A stretch of DNA of 64,000 nt from an uncultured delta proteobacterium (GCA_963733195.1 CAVTCR010000041.1:1-64000); one strand, 5' to 3'. Positions 1-10,487 are shown, counted from the first letter of the stretch. The notes: generated from the letters alone by a model not told the origin. Made by a program: numbers and translations.

Positions 1-25
1 CGGGTCCCCTGGAGCGCGGTTAGGC
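1..25 (-). other. attC site (partial, cut by window edge) of the DUF3553-like cassette
   Basis: GCCTAAC on minus strand at 25..19, 13 bp after the stop at 39; complementary to this cassette's start core GTTAGGC at 914..908. Confidence 0.75.
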
Positions 26-38
26 CGTGTCCTTCATA

Positions 39-888
39 CTACTTCTCGGGAGCAATGCACCAGATGAAGGACTGCACATCGATCATATCGCGGGGGTTCA
101 AGGTTGCGATTTCCGAACGCAATACCCCAGCAAACTGCTGAACTGATCGGTACGTGAGCCAGTTCAACTCTGGATGGTAGTTAAGCTCAAAGTTGCAGAC
201 GTCGGCAGCGTCTTGGGTAATCATAGGCTTAAAGAAGATGTAGCGATCCGGGTATGCCAAGAACTGAAAGTAGGTTGCGTTGGTCCACTTCGGCGCCTCA
301 ATATCAAAGAGGAGGTCTGTCCAGGCATTGAATCTTGCCTCCTCCTCCGAAGTTCCATACAGAAGTTCGTGGAGCAAAACCGTAAACCGTTGCTTTGCCT
401 GGTCGGACCGGAGACCATCGCGTAATGCCATCTTCTCGTTCGGAAAGATGAGATTTGTGGCGTTCACGACTTGGAGAGCGCGGGCAGTTGCCTCTTCAAA
501 GTTGGTCGCCGCAACCAGGGCAGATAGTTGGTTCCGACCGAGTAGCGCAAGCATGCGTTGGTAGGCGGCCAGCTTGTAATCGCGCTCACATCTGAAATAT
601 TCGGAATCGTAAAGCCCTGCGGAAAAATGTTAATAAATTCGGCGATAGATGCAGGGACTGTCTTTGCGTGTGATTCCTTTGCGCGGACCCTGGCTCTTTC
701 GGTGGTCGAGGAGCGGATGTTGCGCCTGCGCGCCCGAGACTAGCTGAAGTGGAGCATTCTTGAGAGTATTCTCGCCAGCGTATACGAAAGTACACATAGA
801 CTTGACCGTCTCTCTCAGAGAGCGCCTCGCCCAGTCCCCATGCAGGCTGTTGCGTGTGGATGACTCGATCACCAGCTTTTACAGTCAT
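39..888 (-). CDS. DUF3553-like domain protein (integron cassette), frameshifted
   Basis: N-terminus MTVKAGDRVIHTQQPAWGLGE (586..888) resembles DUF3553; continues via the 630..872 frame (AQHPLLD) into 39..554 ending PRDMIDVQSFIW. Confidence 0.7.
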
Positions 889-1084
889 TCAAGCAACCTC
901 CACATCGGCCTAACGGTCCCGGTCACCGTTTGCCGCCCAACCGAGACCTTTCATATTTCCCGAACCGCAAGCGGGCGGCAATACGGTGCAGTGGATTGAT
1001 ACTCATCCAGGCCTCCTCGGCTGCGAGTGTGCAGCGGTAGGATGGCTGTATCCCAACAATCCATTCTACAAGGAGGAGACCTGG

Positions 1085-2128
1085 ATGAATTTCTACACGC
1101 AGCAGCATAAACATTATTGCGGCATCGATCTACATGCGAAGGCGATGTACGTCTGTATCCTCGATCAAACGGCACGAAACTGGTCCATAAAAATCTGCCG
1201 ACGACCCCCGAAGCGTTTTTGCGGGTCATCGCTCCGTATCGCGAGGATGTGGTCGTCGGCGTCGAATGTATGTTTACCTGGTATTGGCTGGCGGACCTCT
1301 GTCAGAAGGAAGGAATTGCCTTTGTCTTGGGCCATGCCCTCTATATGAAGGCGATTCATGGGGGCAAAGCCAAGAACGATAAGATTGATGCGCAGAAGAT
1401 TGCCGTCTTATTGCGCGGTGGAATGTTCCCCCAAGCGTATGTCTATCCTGCAGAGATGCGGGCGACCCGCGACTTACTCCGCCGTCGCTGTCATCTGGCC
1501 CGCAAACGGGCCGAACTCTTAGCCCACATTCACAATACCAATAGTCAGTACAATCTGCCCGGAGATCGGCAAACGGCTGGCGAACAAAGCAAACCGGGAA
1601 GATGTGGCCGAACATTTCCCCGATCCCAGTGTCCGCAAGACCATTGAAGTCGATGTGTCGCTCATCGATCACTATGATCAATTGTTCGGCGAGGTGGAAC
1701 TCTATCTCACGCGCAGTGCCAAAGCGCATGATGTCCAAACGTTTGCGCGGCTCCAATCGGTCCCGGGGATCGGACAGATCTTGGCCTTGGTCCTCTTATA
1801 TGAGATTCAGGACATCGCGCGCTTTCCGCGCGTGCAAGATTTTGTCTCCTATTGTCGCTTGGTGAAATGTGCCAAGGAATCGAATGGCAAACGACTCGGC
1901 ACCTCGGGCAAAAAGATCGGCAACGTCCATTTGCGCTGGGCCTTTGCCGAAGCCGCGGTCCTCTTTATCCGGCAGAGTCAGCCGGGGAAAGAGTATTTTG
2001 CGAAATTGGAACACAAACACGGCAAAGCCAAAGCGCTGACCGTACTCGCCCACAAGTTGGGCCGGGCCGTGTATTACATGCTCACGCGGGAACAGGCGTT
2101 TGATCTCAATCGCTTTGTGACTGCGTAA
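1085..2128 (+). CDS. IS110 family transposase (two frameshifts)
   Basis: MNFYTQQHKHYCGIDLH, VGVEC, KNDKIDA, SVPGIG, KESNGK, AHKLGRAVYYML across ORFs 986..1348, 1117..1647 and 1604..2128. Confidence 0.92.
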
Positions 2129-2612
2129 CCCCTGAGGGGAGAGAGGGAGCCCGCCGCCTAACTGGCCCACAAAGGGGAGAGCCTCTTCGATATTCCTTCC
2201 TTATATATACAGCATGGACTGTGAGGGAATATCTGGACGAAACGCCCGGAGCCGCACGTTTTGATTGGACCGTCTCTCCCGCTCATCTTCTTGGTGATGC
2301 GTCACCAAGTGTCCCGTGGCTGCCCCTCCGCCGAGTCTGGAACTAACTAGGAGTGTCTTCGGACACAACCCGCTGTATTGAGAAGACCGGGATGAGGGCA
2401 CAGAAGAGTTTCTAGGGCGTGGCACTTGCGGGTGCCACTGTTTCCCGTGGAACATTGCTCCACGGAAACATTGACCCTCAATAGGTGTTTGGTGCAGCCC
2501 ACAGGCTGTGACCAGCAACCGAAATCAAGTCAGCCGCGATCGCTTGGCGAAGATGCCTCACCAAATGTTACTCGGACGGCCACCCCGCCCCCGAGTGCAT
2601 CCGTCTGTCCGC
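2129..2612 (+). ncRNA. candidate bridge/seek RNA region in the IS1111-type right end
   Basis: long non-coding, hairpin-rich stretch (GTGGCAC-TTGCGG-GTGCCAC; GTTTCCCGTGGA...TCCACGGAAAC); position matches where IS1111-group elements encode their guide RNA. Confidence 0.55.
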
Positions 2613-2724
2613 TTGACATCGGAGGCCTGATAGGGGTTCGGCGTCTCTTGACTATTGCCCGACAAGTTTTCAGCGTCGCGATCGGTTCTTGTCTCGGCGC
2701 TGACGCCATTAGCACCATTCGCTC

Positions 2725-3746
2725 TCATTGTGTCGGCTCTTCCAAGAAGTGCTGTACTTCACGGATCAGATGCATGCGGTTCTTCTCCACAAACATTGGG
2801 TGTGACCCCCCCGAAAGTACAACCAAGCGGCGATACTTCGCGCCCGTGAGCCGCAGAAAGATTTCTTGGGCCATACTCGGAGGAGTGACGGCATCCCATT
2901 CGCCGACGATCAGCAGCGTCGGCGCGCGAATTACCGCCGGGTCATAGGTGGGCTTCCCTGCCGCCCACCATTCGCTGAAGTCTTTCATCACCCCATTTGG
3001 CGAGCGCAGCACCGGCGGGTTGCGCGACGCGCCCACGGGATCAGTAGCGAGGTTCGCTGCCCACCATTTGTCGTACCATTCGGTAGGGCTCACCTCTTCG
3101 ATGCGCTCTTGCGGAATTCCGCGTGTGTTTGCCGCGCGCACGCTTTCGTATGTACCTACCCGGTAAGCACCCTGATAGGGCGGGGCTTTGGCCATTAACC
3201 ACACTGGGGCGTAAAGTATCAGCTTTTCGACCTGAGCCGGGTTCTGGGCTGCGTAGCTAGCCATCGTCGTTGTTCCCCAAGACCAACCCACAAGGTTAAT
3301 CTTTGCAACACCACGGCGGTTTTGAATGAAATCCACGGCAGCCGAAATGTCGCGGACTGCCTCCCGGGTGTCGGCGAAGGGCGGATTCGCTTCCGGCGGC
3401 TGCTCCATCGCCGCCGGGCGTGTGGAGTGACCGTAGCCGCGCACGTCCACGCAATACGCATCGAAGCCGCGCCGTGCGGCGAAATCCATCCACGAGCCAC
3501 CGGGCAAATCAATATCGAACCCCGTCTCGGACGGAAAAGTTGCGCCATGCACGAATAGCACGATCGCTCGGGACCGAAGCGGTCCTCGCCGGTCGGGTGC
3601 TTGTTGCGGACGTGTAGCTCGATACCCGAGTCAAGCGCAGGGATCATGAATGTTTCGGTCGTAATGCCGCTCGAGCGCGGTGGTGAGGAGGCACAGCCAA
3701 CGAACGCTAAACTGAGGGCGAGTGCGACAAGCAATCCGATAATCAT
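2725..3746 (-). CDS. lipoprotein alpha/beta hydrolase (integron cassette), frameshift near 3565
   Basis: signal peptide MIIGLLVALALSLAFVGC; VHGA oxyanion motif, GWSWG nucleophile elbow, GEWD, GSH. Confidence 0.85.
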
Positions 3747-3796
3747 AGCCGATTCCTTCGCGATGGTTGATTGACTGAGCCAGATGTTGCTATGAC

Positions 3797-3894
3797 GCCG
3801 AACGCTCCCGCGCACCGCGAGCGGCCACACAGTGTCCTTTCAGGTTTGGCAGAAGCCCAACGTGGCCGCGATGCGGTGGCGCGGCGGGTTAGCA
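3797..3894 (-). other. attC site
   Basis: GCCGAAC...GTTAGCA with imperfect inverted repeat CCGCGCACCGCG-AGCGGCCAC...GTGGCCGC-GATGCGGTGGCGCGG. Confidence 0.88.
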
Positions 3895-4937
3895 CGCAAG
3901 TCTCGCTCTGGAAATCCAATCTGATACAAGCGTCCACTATTCTGGCCCGAAAACATTTTAACATCTGCTTCTTGATGCGATGATAAGCGATATACGCCAG
4001 ATAGCCGTTCGAAAAATGCAATACGTTTAATTCTTTTGGGGGCGGAGCGGTGTCGGGCTCTTCTAACGGCACTGGATCAATGTAACTCAGTCCTCTCCGA
4101 CTCAACGCTAACTTCCATTCTTTTTCTACCCATTCTGATCGCGCTGCCGACAGCGACGAAAATAGGTAGAACGCGTCCTTAGTGGGAACATGTCGCTGCA
4201 GTTTTTCTTGCCAGTTGTCTCCTGAACGCAACGAAAATACATCAAGAAATGTCCAGGTCGGGCGCTACCTTCTTCATGCCCTGTATTCGACAGAACCTCG
4301 TACTCGATTGTCGCTTGCATAGGAGGCGAAAGCTGTCTTGGGATAAAGGAGTAGAGCAGAACGGTCCGAAGATTTACGCAAGGACATGGTTAGATACGGA
4401 AACGAGAAAAGCACTTCGCGATTGTAAGACCCTGATATCCGATTACTGCTTTTCCAGCAAAGAAACCAAACTTAGCGTCGATAGGGACATGGATAATGAA
4501 CGAGGCGGTAGTGGGTACACCATCCCATACAAGCAATCGACGGGATCACGAATGTATAATTTTCAATTTCGATAGAGATAGTCAGTATTTCCCCTCTTGG
4601 TACCGACACACCTGTCTTTCTGCCTACTGTGACGTCCCGCCCAATCTCATGCGCGATAGCGATGACGGAAGAGTATTGATTTAGCAGGAATGCCCAAATA
4701 TCCAATATGAAAGTGGCGTCGCGAGTAATGGCTTGGGGTGCGAATGCAGCGAAATCAACGCTCTCGCGTGATGGTGCTGACCTGGGCGGTGCTGGCGATG
4801 ACATGTGGTCGTCGTAGTCAGGTGGTGCTGACGGCGGTGCTGGTAATGGCATGTCGCGATCGTACTCGATCGAGCGTTTCGCGATTCTTCGGAATAACCA
4901 TAGTGCTGTCAGAAGAGCCGCAAACAACGCGATACTA

Positions 4938-6054
4938 TACTTCACACGGGGAAGAATTGCGCTTTTGCAAAAAGCTGAAAGCGTAAGGTTAACAGCGAGT
5001 CCAGAGCAGTGCGATGGGTGGTCTGCGTTTGGGCTAAGCACTGAACAATGGCGGACTTGAATGCGGCGAAGTCCGCGTAATAAGTGGAGTAGAGGCACTG
5101 TTTTTTGACGAACTTCCAGAGCCGCTCAATGAGGTGGAGATTCGGGGAATAGGGCGGCAGAAAACATAACTCAAGGTGTAGGCTGGCGGCGAGGGTAAGG
5201 ACTTGGGCGCAACGTTGGTAGCGAGCATTGGCCAAGACCACGGTCAACGGGACACCGAGGTTGAGCGCCGCAAGGTGCCGCAAGAGGGCACAGACTTCCG
5301 TCGCGGTAATGTAGGTGTCGTTGGTGACCGTCACGAGTTCATGGGTGATCGCGTTGAGCGCGCCCAGCACCTGGAAGCGTTGCCGCCCCGCGGGGGCCCG
5401 CAGGAAGATGCGCGTCACGGACCAGAGGAAGCCGAGGAAGGGGGCTAACACGAAGTGCGCCGCATCGACAAAGAAGACGGTGCGCTGCCCCGCGCGGGCC
5501 TAGGCTAAGCGCGGCTCCAGCTCCTCCCCCAAGTAGCGCGCTTGCGCGTCGGAGTCGGCTTTGGCCGGGAGCATCCCGACCCGGCGACAGTGGAGATGGA
5601 GTTTTTTTCAGAAACTCTCGTACCTGCGTCTCACTGCGGTTGATGCCCGTCAGCGCTTCAATCGGGCTTTGCGCTTCTTTGATCGTCGCGGGCGGATGGG
5701 CGCGAAAGTACGCTTCCAACGCCGCGTAATGTTCCTGCCGGGCACTCTCCGGTCCCTGGATCGCGACTTCTTTCAATCGCTCGACGCCGCCCGCGAGATA
5801 GAGTTGGAAATACTCCCGCAGCGTGTTCTCGGTGCTGTTCACTCATTGCGCGATCTGCCCATGCGGTAGCCCATGGCTCTTCAGCCACAGCGCTTCCATC
5901 CGTCGTTGCACCAGCGGGAGCGGATGGCGATACCGCTCATAGTTCAGCTCCTCTAAAATCGCCGGGGTAAACTCCAGTGGCATGGTCATGCCCACACCTT
6001 AGCAAATGACAAACGCCCCGTCTCTAAAACCGCAATTCCTTCCCGTGGACAGTA
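4938..6054 (-). mobile_element. IS630 family element (transposase ~4942-5989 in several frames)
   Basis: TA duplication 4936-37/6055-56; TIRs TACTTCACACGGGAAGAATTGCG / rc TACTGTCCACGGGAAGGAATTGCG; FVDAAHF, LPPYSPNLHLIERLW; third catalytic Asp appears as Ala (VLANARY). Confidence 0.92.
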
Positions 6055-6078
6055 TAGCGGCAACTCCCAGATAATCTA

Positions 6079-7317
6079 AATCGGACCAGAAGAGATTGGC
6101 ACAGCGACGCACACGCTGATAGATCAAGAGTTGTGAGACTATTGCAACGATCAGCCAGGAGTTGCTGTGCCGAAAACCACGATAGTAGAGATTCCTTCTG
6201 CCGAGCAAGCCCGCATGCGGGCCGAATTACGCCGAGCCCGATATGGGTACTTGTTAGCCTTACATCTGCTGCTCCTGTGCGCCGCTGGGCGGACGCCGAG
6301 CGAAGTGGCTACCGTGCTCTTTTGTTCACGCTCCAGCGTGTACCGGATCGTGCGGGCGTACCGGGCTGGGACACTGCGCTTTGATGAGGCCAGCGAGCAC
6401 GCCCCGCAACAGCGCCGGCTGCGGCTGCTCACGCCGTCACTCAAACGCTCCGTACACGCCCTGCTCACGACCGCTCCCCGTGCATTCGGCTGGTGTCGTA
6501 CGCGGTGGAGCTGTGCCACGTTAGCGGTGGAAGTGCAGGTGCGCCGGGGGATTCGCGTATCCGCGGAGACCATGCGCCACTGGCTCCATGAACTAGGCTG
6601 GGCGTGGAAACGCGCGAAGGTGGTGGCCAAGGATGACGATCCACAACGGGTGGAGAAGTTAGCGCGCATTCGGCTGGCCTTCGAGCAACTGCGAGCAGGG
6701 ACGGCGCTGTTCTTTGCCGACGAGTTGGATATCAATCTCTTACCCAAGGTCGGCTATCAGTGGATGCCTAAGGGCGAACAAGTCGAAGTCATGACACCGG
6801 GCACCAACGAGAAGCGCTATCTGGCCGGAGCGCTCGACCTGACCACGGGGACCATCACCCATTGTGTGTGGTATCGCAAGCAGACCGGGCTCTTTCTTGA
6901 TCTGCTCCAGACGCTCGATCGGACACACCCCGCGCCGCTTTTCTCTCGGCTCACCGTCGTGGTCGATAACGCCAAGCTGCATAAGGCCCAGAAAGTCCAG
7001 CAGTGGCTCGCGGCGCATCCCCGCTTCGAACTCCTCTACTTACCCACTTACTGTCCGCGCGCCAATCCGATTGAGCGGGCCTTTGGCGATGTCCATGACA
7101 AATGTACCCGTAATCACACCCGCAAGCGCATGTGGCACCTGGTGCAGGATGTGCACCAGCCATCTGCGGGTCAATGGACCATGGCGCTATGCCCTCTCCG
7201 AGCTCTATTACACACCAGAGGTGACGGCTACGGTCGAGCCCTGCAGACGGCGGACAGTTCTCTTCCTGTGCTCTCACAACTTGCCGCCTGAGTGTACGAA
7301 TGTTGCGCGGTCCGATT
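6079..7317 (+). mobile_element. IS630 family element
   Basis: TA duplication 6077-78/7318-19; TIRs AATCGGACC/GGTCCGATT. Confidence 0.92.
6167..7291 (+). CDS. IS630 family transposase
   Basis: HTH, FADELD, VVDNAKLH, LPTYCPRANPIERAF. Confidence 0.93.
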   Translation: MPKTTIVEIPSAEQARMRAELRRARYGYLLALHLLLLCAAGRTPSEVATVLFCSRSSVYRIVRAYRAGTLRFDEASEHAPQQRRLRLLTPSLKRSVHALLTTAPRAFGWCRTRWSCATLAVEVQVRRGIRVSAETMRHWLHELGWAWKRAKVVAKDDDPQRVEKLARIRLAFEQLRAGTALFFADELDINLLPKVGYQWMPKGEQVEVMTPGTNEKRYLAGALDLTTGTITHCVWYRKQTGLFLDLLQTLDRTHPAPLFSRLTVVVDNAKLHKAQKVQQWLAAHPRFELLYLPTYCPRANPIERAFGDVHDKCTRNHTRKRMWHLVQDVHQPSAGQWTMALCPLRALLHTRGDGYGRALQTADSSLPVLSQLAA

Positions 7318-7369
7318 TAGTATCCAATCGAACATGGTCTTCACTGAGTTTGTCGTAAATTTTATGAAG

Positions 7370-7469
7370 TGCTAACGGCCCGCCTCAGCGGCAAGGCCCC
7401 TGACCGCTACCTTTCAGTTACAGCAGGAACCGCCACAGGGGCCGCGTCCGCTGCAGGCGCTGGTTAGGC
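7370..7469 (-). other. attC site
   Basis: TGCTAAC...GTTAGGC; stem CGCCTCAGCGG..GGCCCCTG...CAGGGGCC..CCGCTGCAGGCG with an extrahelical base. Confidence 0.9.
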
Positions 7470-7569
7470 CACCGCCTAGAGTGAGCACCGAAGCCTGCCC
7501 TTCGGGGTTTCTCGGTCCTCTCAGCTACCCTTGCGACCCGGTGTTTCGCTCTCCCTGTGGCCCCTCCTC

Positions 7570-7878
7570 CTATTGCTGGCGTCCCGGCCTCTCCTGCTGC
7601 CTTCTTTCCTCTCCCGATCTTGTTCCTTCGGCATCCTCAGGCTGATCTGATGCCCCTTGCAGAGCTTCTCTCCAGCGTGCGGCAACTCGATAGGAACGAA
7701 GAACCTTTGGGGGTACAGGTAATCTTCTCCCTGATTCGTCAATCACCCGCACCAGTTTGTGTTTGGCGGCTTTCTCATCCGGCAGCACTTGATAAATCTT
7801 CCGCAACTCTAAAGAAGCTGGGTAGCCGGTATTATCGATACAGACGGCAAACTGCGGGTGCGTTTCTTCTGTCTTCAT
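7570..7878 (-). CDS. small conserved hypothetical protein (second gene of a two-gene cassette), frameshifted
   Basis: FAVCIDNTGYPASLELRKIYQVLPD...RVIDESGEDYLYP; starts 6 bp after the partner's stop; 3' end uncertain. Confidence 0.7.
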   Translation of the reverse strand: MKTEETHPQFAVCIDNTGYPASLELRKIYQVLPDEKAAKHKLVRVIDESGRRLPVPPKVLRSYRVAARWREALQGASDQPEDAEGTRSGEERRQQERPGRQQ

Positions 7879-7883
7879 AGCGT

Positions 7884-8119
7884 TTACTCCAGTACTTCCT
7901 TCACCTTCATTTCCTTTTTGCCCAGGCCATGCGCTTCATACCAATGTAGTTCAGCAGCGGATTCCGTTCCATCCTCCAAGCGGACCAGCGCAAAGCCCTT
8001 GAGCTTCCGCCACCGTCCTGAGCCATGAAGTTCTTGCGCAACCGCTCGATGTCATGAATTCTGCTGCCGACAGCAATGACTTCTGTGTCTGTGATTTCGC
8101 CAATCACTTCAAAAATCAT
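7884..8119 (-). CDS. small conserved hypothetical protein (first gene of a two-gene cassette), frameshifted
   Basis: MIFEVIGEITDTEVIAVGSRIHDIERLRK then GRWRKLKGFALVRLEDG...LHWYEAHGLGKKEMKVKEVLE-stop. Confidence 0.7.
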
Positions 8120-8161
8120 TGCGCCATGCTGCCAAGTGCAGCCATAAGATTCAAGGGCGCG

Positions 8162-8200
8162 GCCTAACGCTCCCGCGCACCGCGAGCCGCCACGTTCCCC
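8162..8200 (-). other. attC site, only one arm recognisable
   Basis: GCCTAACGCTCCCGCGCACCGCGAGCCGCCAC is nearly identical to the arm at 3797; complementary arm not found. Confidence 0.65.
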
Positions 8201-8449
8201 TACGTTAAGATTCGTTATTTTTTCCCTTTGTTACCTTTATGACCCGGGTCGCCGGGACGATGCAGTATGATAGGAGTTTTCTCGCCTGGCTTCTTCAGGA
8301 TCACATGTCCCTTATCTTTCGTTTCCTCAAATTTGGGCTTTTGCTTGAATATGTCGAATAGTCCCATAACCATCTCCTTCTACAAGAGTAAAGTTTACCG
8401 TTCTTTACCTTCAAAACTCCCAACTCCTTGCTGCCGTAATCCAGGCATC

Positions 8450-8776
8450 CTACCACGAACAAACCACGGCTCGCGTGTTGGTTTGGCTTCTGAGCTGTTG
8501 GAGTCTGGGCTCACGGGGAAAAGCATCTCCCATAGGAAGGAAATACCCGTGAGAAACACAGGCTACCAACTCCCTTGAATGACCAAGTGCGAACAGGTCA
8601 TGCCGTAACAATCTTGCGCCAGATCCGACACCAGCACGATAGAAACTGTAGGCAGCAACGGCAATAGCGGCGGCAACTAAAATTCCCCCACCGGGAGTGT
8701 TATCACTTGAGGTGTCGGTCGTGAGGTTCATAGGGTTCATAGGGCTGACCATTGATCCACCAGCGTGCTCCATCAT
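8450..8776 (-). CDS. hypothetical cassette protein with a hydrophobic segment, probably frameshifted
   Basis: only sizeable cassette-oriented ORF between attCs 8162 and 8936; GGILVAAAIAVAAYSF. Confidence 0.35.
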   Translation of the reverse strand: MMEHAGGSMVSPMNPMNLTTDTSSDNTPGGGILVAAAIAVAAYSFYRAGVGSGARLLRHDLFALGHSRELVACVSHGYFLPMGDAFPREPRLQQLRSQTNTRAVVCSW

Positions 8777-8935
8777 GATATCCCTTGTATCCGAATGCTG
8801 CCCAGCAATTATCTTCCGGCTCGTACATATTCGTCTTCCTCCATCGCTACTCTATCGAATGTGGCTTCCCTTCTTCAAAACCTCTCGGCTTTGCGTCAAC
8901 CCTCCAATGGTTTCTCGTAGCCTCGGCCCCTGCGG

Positions 8936-9032
8936 GCCTAACGTATAGCGGTTGAGCTGCAGCGGGCAAGATGGCACCCTTCTCTCGTCCCTGGCCGCGC
9001 CCGCCCGCGGTCCGCTCCAACCGCGGTTGGAC
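8936..9032 (-). other. attC site closing the IS91-transposase cassette
   Basis: GCCTAAC...GTTGGAC; stem GCGGTTGAGCTG/CCGCTCCAACCGC. Confidence 0.82.
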
Positions 9033-9076
9033 AAGCGGCCTGCGGCGGCTGCCCTATGGGGATTTGAACCTTCCCC

Positions 9077-10244
9077 TCAGGCCGCCACTGGCCATGCTTC
9101 CACTCGCGGCGGTGCGCCAGAGCGTGGAAACACTTGGATGATCACCATCGGTTGTTGACACACCGGACACTGTTCCCAGGGGTGGTTGTCGGGGGACCGC
9201 TCTTCGGCTTCCCTCGGCTTCTCCTGTGTCGTATCCTTCTCCGGCAGTTGGTCGCGACAGTGCGCCAGCCTGGGCCGTTGCGTGCTGGCATACAGGCCCC
9301 ACGCGCGGACCATATGCACGCCCGGCAGCGGCACGTGCTCGCTCCAGCGGCGCAGAAATTCCTCTACGCTCAGCGTCAACTCCGCCTGGCGCGGCTGCCC
9401 GCTCGTCCAGCTCCCGATGATTGCCATAGCGAAACGTCACCTGCTGTCCGTCAAAGCGAGAAAGCGATGATCCTTGATCGGGCCGCCCCGCACGTAGCGC
9501 GCCAGATACTTCATCACGCCGCGGCCATGCGGATAGCGCTCGGCAATGCGGATATTCCATTGCTGCCGCGCCGCCGCGACCAGCACCGCCGCATGCCGTC
9601 GTCATCGAGGTGGGGCGGAAGCTGCAGCTGCCCGGTCAGCCACAACGCCTCGAGCGCCCCGAGCACTTTGCCCCGAAACAACGCCCGCACCACCGCCACC
9701 GGAAGCAGAAAGCCCGTCCGTACGGCGTGCCACTGGCCGTCGGCGTCAGGCCGCCGCCGCTGACCAGGCAGTGCACGTGCGGATGTAACGTGAACGTGCG
9801 GCCCCACGTATGCAACGCCGCTAACATCCCCGGCGTCGCGCCCAACCATTTCGGGATCGCCCAACAACGTGAGCAACGTCTCCCGCACACTGCCGAACAG
9901 CACCTCCGTCAGTTGCTCTCGGTTCCACTGCCACAGCTCATGCAATTCACTGGGCAGGGTAAAGATCACGTGAAAGTGATCGGTGGGGAGAAGCTGCGCT
10001 GCCAGCCGTCGAGCCACTGGCTAATCCGGTGGCGTACAACAGCGCGGACAGGCCCGATGGCGGCAGGAGTTGTACCAGATCTCCGTGACGTGGCCCTGCG
10101 GACAGCGCCGCACGTGCCCACCCAACGCCGCCGTCCGGCACGCATCACTGCGTGTGCGGCCCTCCAGACCCGGCGCGGCACCTTGTGCGCCTCGGTATAC
10201 GTCGCAAAGCTGGTCTGGAGAATGTCTTGTAACGTCACGGCCAT
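9077..10244 (-). CDS. IS91 family (Y2, HUH) transposase with zinc-binding domain, several frameshifts
   Basis: CRTAALGGH, YNSCRHRACPRC, HVIFTLP, LHTWGRTFTLHPHVHCLVSGGGL, YLARYVRG, C-terminal CPVC. Confidence 0.9.
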
Positions 10245-10297
10245 AGCACAAACTCAGAGTGACTTCACGATCTGTTTGTGGACGCCTCGTCCGCTAT

Positions 10298-10350
10298 GTC
10301 CAACTACAATTGAACAGCACAACTTGTTTCTGCTAATGGAAACAAGTTGC
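10298..10350 (-). other. putative attI site
   Basis: GTTGGAC core (10304..10298) matches the GTCCAAC inverse core of attC 9032..9026; no attC stem upstream, only AT-rich repeats and then intI. Confidence 0.7.
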
Positions 10351-10457
10351 TATTCCAATAAACAAGTTTGCTAGATCTATAAACCACCAAGTTTCTACAT
10401 CTACAAACACTCAGGTTGCTACATGTAGAAACTTTACAAACATTGACTGACCTCCCT

Positions 10458-10487
10458 TCTATAAACCTTATAAACCTTGCGTGTCAA
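10458..10487 (-). promoter_or_regulatory. candidate cassette promoter (Pc)
   Basis: TTGACA-N18-TATAGA on the minus strand facing attI. Confidence 0.4.

Larger units (their letters stand above)
997..2635 (+). mobile_element. IS110-family element, IS1111-type architecture
   Basis: DEDD transposase; sub-terminal IRs CAGGCCTCC (1008-1016)/GGAGGCCTG (2621-2629); ~500 bp non-coding right end; TTGACA at 2613-2618 and GATACT at 998-1003 would form a promoter across a circle junction; exact ends uncertain by 1-2 bp. Confidence 0.85.
908..2642 (-). other. attC site of the hydrolase cassette, split by an IS110/IS1111 insertion (908-~997 and ~2635-2642)
   Basis: GCCTAAC 908-914, stem CACCG-TTTGCCGCCC...GGGCGGCAA-TA-CGGTG, closing GTTCGGC at 2636-2642 directly after the IS. 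Confidence 0.8.
3900..7335 (-). pseudogene. membrane-anchored TIR-domain protein (integron cassette) disrupted by two IS630 elements
   Basis: removing both ISs restores MFDWILDYLGVAASIALFAALLTALWLFRR; C-terminal TIR motifs FASYAS, LRSGDNWQEKL, AARSEWVEKEW, IDPVPLE; several indels; 3' end approximate. Confidence 0.8.
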
